Part shown: piece by piece, positions 61,530-64,000 of the stretch
How the letters are laid out: each line of letters starts with the position of its first letter
Position numbering within the stretch: the stretch's first letter is position 1
NCBI RefSeq assembly: GCF_965216145.1
Contig: NZ_OZ244149.1
Span: 3,404,797-3,468,796, forward strand
Length of the DNA: 64,000 bases
Direction: 5' to 3'
Source: Candidatus Palauibacter sp.
GTDB taxonomy: Bacteria; Gemmatimonadota; Gemmatimonadetes; Palauibacterales; Palauibacteraceae
The notes under the pieces: generated by a model
What the model saw: only the letters and a program-made list of their open reading frames with translations
Told to the model about the DNA's origin: nothing
The model's database searches: none
Program-made: the position numbers and the translations under genes

Positions 61530-62702
61530 GTGCTCCACACGGAATTCTCGTCCAACGTCGCGCACCTCGAGGCGTCGGCCACGCTGGCGCTGGCCGCGCG
61601 CGCCCGCAAGCTGAAGGCGGAAGGCGTGCCCGTGATCGACCTTTCGGCCGGCGAACCCCAATACCCGGCCCCCCGGTTCGCGGCCCGCGCCGGGATACGG
61701 GCAGTGGAGGCGGGGAAGACGGGCTATCCGCCCACGCTCGGCCTCCCCGAACTGCGAGAGGCGATCGCGCGCTATCTGAGCGAAACGACGACGGCCGGGG
61801 AAGTGGACCCGGGTTCGGTGATCGTGGGCGCCGGCGTGAAGCAGTCGCTCTTCAACTGTTGCTACGCTCTCTTCGGAGCGGGCGACGAGGTCCTCATGCC
61901 CTCGCCCTATTGGCCCAGCTACCCGGCGATCGTGCGGCTCGCCGGGGCGGATCCGGTCGTCGTGGAGACCGGGTGGGATGCCGGATTCCTCCCCTCCGTG
62001 GCAGACCTCGAGGCCGCGCGCACTGGGCGCACCCGCGGGCTCCTGCTGAACAGTCCCGGCAACCCGACGGGCGCCGTGATCCCCCGCGGTCTTCTGCGCG
62101 ACATCCTGCGCTGGGCGGAACGGCACGGGATCTGGGTGCTCTCCGACGAGATCTACCGGCGACTCGCGTACGGACAGCCGTCGCCGTCTGTCTTCGATAT
62201 CACGGAGCGGGGCGAGCGGACGGTTCTCCTCGACGGAATGTCGAAGGCGTTCTGCATGCCGGGATTCCGGATCGGCTACGCCGTGGGGCCGCACGAACTC
62301 ATCCGGAAGATGTCGGACCTGCAGGGACAAACGACCTCCGGGGCAGTGGGGCCGTCCCAGTACGCCGCCGCAGCAGCCCTCGGCGAGAGCGGCGCGCGCG
62401 AGGCGTTCATCACCAATCTTCTGTCGAGGCTCACCGGCCTGCGGAAGCTCGGGCTGGCGGGGTTCGCGGAGATCGACTCGATCGAGGCCATGCCGCCGGA
62501 CGGCGCGCTCTACTTCTACGGTCGCCTCACGGATCCGAGCTCGACATCGCTCGACATCGCCGAGCGGCTGCTCGTGGATGCCTCCGTCGCCTGCATGCCC
62601 GGCGAGCCCTTCGGCTCTCCGGGGCACCTCCGGTTCAACTTCGCGGTCGAGAGAGAAGTCCTCGAGAAGGGGCTGGCCCGGATCGCCGACTTCTTCGCGT
62701 AA
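61530..62702 (+). CDS. class I/II pyridoxal-phosphate-dependent aminotransferase (aspartate aminotransferase-like)
   Basis: NSPGNPTG and the PLP-lysine region SKAFCMPGFRIGY. 390 aa. Confidence 0.88.
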   Translation: MLHTEFSSNVAHLEASATLALAARARKLKAEGVPVIDLSAGEPQYPAPRFAARAGIRAVEAGKTGYPPTLGLPELREAIARYLSETTTAGEVDPGSVIVGAGVKQSLFNCCYALFGAGDEVLMPSPYWPSYPAIVRLAGADPVVVETGWDAGFLPSVADLEAARTGRTRGLLLNSPGNPTGAVIPRGLLRDILRWAERHGIWVLSDEIYRRLAYGQPSPSVFDITERGERTVLLDGMSKAFCMPGFRIGYAVGPHELIRKMSDLQGQTTSGAVGPSQYAAAAALGESGAREAFITNLLSRLTGLRKLGLAGFAEIDSIEAMPPDGALYFYGRLTDPSSTSLDIAERLLVDASVACMPGEPFGSPGHLRFNFAVEREVLEKGLARIADFFA

Positions 62703-62749
62703 GGGGCCGGCGCCAGCGAAGGCGCCGACCGCGCGCTCAGCCCCGGCCC
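62703..62749. terminator. GC-rich hairpin between convergent genes (ggggccgg ... ccggcccc)
   Basis: An 8-bp perfect inverted repeat flanks an internal GC-rich palindromic segment, immediately after the aminotransferase TAA and before the HU stop. Confidence 0.35.
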
Positions 62750-63036
62750 TCGTGACTCGCGGCGACCTCTTCCCGCAGCAGACGCGATGGCTTGAACACG
62801 GGCACTCTTCGTTCCGGGACGCGCACCGGTTCACCGGTGCGCGGGTTGCGTGCCATCCGCGTCCGGCGCTCCCGGACCTTGAACGTGCCGAAGCCCCGAA
62901 TCTCGATGTGCCGACCGTCGATGACGGCACCCTTGATCGCGTTCAGGAACGCGTTCACAACTGCCGCACAGTCCTTCTTCGTGACGCCGGGCCCGATCGC
63001 CTCGTGCACCTGTTCGATGAGATCCGCCTTCGTCAT
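62737..63036 (-). CDS. HU/IHF family DNA-binding protein
   Basis: MTKADLIEQV...IRGFGTFKVRERRTRMARNPRTGEPVRVPERRVPVFKPS, with the beta-arm RNPRTGE motif. Confidence 0.88.
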   Translation of the reverse strand: MTKADLIEQVHEAIGPGVTKKDCAAVVNAFLNAIKGAVIDGRHIEIRGFGTFKVRERRTRMARNPRTGEPVRVPERRVPVFKPSRLLREEVAASHEGRG

Positions 63037-63152
63037 CTCCGCCTCCTCCGAGCGTTCGCAGCGCACCAGATATCGAGTTCGCTCCGGGCAGGAGCGATGA
63101 TCGCCACTCATAGAAGGAGCTTCGATGAACGTAGAGAACGCGACGCCGACGT

Positions 63153-64000
63153 TCAACGTGTTGTCGCGACTGTCCTTTCCCGCATGGTCTCGACAAAGCG
63201 GGTGAACAGGTACCGGCTGTCGTGCGGACCGGGCGCCGATTCCGGGTGGTATTGGACCGCGAACACCGGCCGCTCGCGATGCACGAGCCCCTCGACCGTG
63301 CCGTCGTTGAGATTCCGGTGCGTCACCTCCAGGCCGTCGGCGCCCTCGATGCGCCCGTCCTTCTCCAGGACCGCGAAACCGTGATTCTGGGAGGTGATCT
63401 CCACGGCGCCCGTCGCATAGTTCAGGACCGGATGGTTCCCTCCCCGGTGTCCGTACGGAAGCTTGTAGTTCCTCGCCCCGAACGCCCGCGCGATGAGCTG
63501 GTGTCCGAGACAGATCCCGAACAGGGGGATTCCCGCGTCGCTCAGAGCCCGGATCCTGTCGACCGCCCCCGGGACGGCCTCGGGATCACCCGGGCCGTTG
63601 GAGAGGAAGACGCCGTTCGGCCGCGCGTCCAGGAGTTCGTTCACCCCGGTTTCGCAGGGGACGACGCGCACCCGGTATCCCTCGCGCAGGAAGAGGTCGA
63701 GGCTTCGGGTCTTGACGCCGTAGTCGAGACACAGCACGAGGCCGCGGACCTCGACGTCAGGGGACGGGTCGAGTTCGTAGGGCTCCGGGGTCGACACGGC
63801 CGTCGCGAGATCGCGTCCCGACATTTCGGGTTCCGCGGCGAGTCGCTCCGCGGCCCGGCCCGGCTCGATCCCGTCGTGCGCCAGGACCGCCCGCATGGCG
63901 CCCGCGTCCCTGATGTGGCGGGTAAGGGCCCGCGTGTCCGCTCCAATGAGGGTCGGGATGCCGTGTGAAGCGAGGTATTCCGGGAGCGTGGCGTCGGCCG
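63153..64000 (-). CDS. carA: carbamoyl-phosphate synthase small subunit (N-terminus beyond window end)
   Basis: Glutaminase domain (GICLGHQL catalytic Cys; HPE motif in QYHPESAPGPHD). The frame continues upstream of the first ATG with CarA-like GIPTLIGADTRALTRHIRDAGAM. Confidence 0.85.
   Translation of the reverse strand, partial: ADATLPEYLASHGIPTLIGADTRALTRHIRDAGAMRAVLAHDGIEPGRAAERLAAEPEMSGRDLATAVSTPEPYELDPSPDVEVRGLVLCLDYGVKTRSLDLFLREGYRVRVVPCETGVNELLDARPNGVFLSNGPGDPEAVPGAVDRIRALSDAGIPLFGICLGHQLIARAFGARNYKLPYGHRGGNHPVLNYATGAVEITSQNHGFAVLEKDGRIEGADGLEVTHRNLNDGTVEGLVHRERPVFAVQYHPESAPGPHDSRYLFTRFVETMRERTVATTR

Overview
This is a 64-kb, very GC-rich bacterial chromosome segment. Its gene content and codon style look like Gemmatimonadota or a related high-GC Gram-negative lineage, but that placement is a guess. 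Almost every gene from the carA end down to about 2.2 kb is on the minus strand, in long co-directional strings with many overlapping or abutting stop and start codons.

The housekeeping backbone is a complete complex I operon (nuoA, B, fused CD, E to N); sucCD; ndk; yceD-rpmF-plsX-fabD-fabG-acpP-fabF; purE; ispF; dedA; xerD; the KDO/LPS-transport block kdsB-pyrG-kdsA-kdsC-lptC-lptA-lptB-rpoN; moaA, moaE, moaD; dcd; an aminotransferase; an HU/IHF protein; and a partial carA.

The accessory and unusual content is as follows:
- About 16.5 kb (2197..18726) is one minus-strand string of glycosylation genes, a Kv-type K+ channel, a SAM methyltransferase and three tandem paralogous ~790-aa outer-membrane beta-barrel proteins. 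The glycosylation genes are two GT2 polyprenol-phosphate sugar synthases, two GT-C-type membrane transferases (YfhO-like and GT39/PMT-like), a GT4 and a flippase-like protein. The outer-membrane proteins are DUF5916/CBM9-like.
- All three Lpt proteins carry proline/acidic tandem-repeat extensions that are visible as DNA tandem repeats.
- A lower-GC islet at the window start holds a translationally coupled pair whose second gene carries a HEPN-like motif.
- Small candidate ORFs with good ribosome-binding sites include a Met-rich secreted peptide between moaA and moaE, and a single-TM peptide coupled to an alpha/beta hydrolase.

No rRNA, tRNA, CRISPR array or clear transposase was found by eye.
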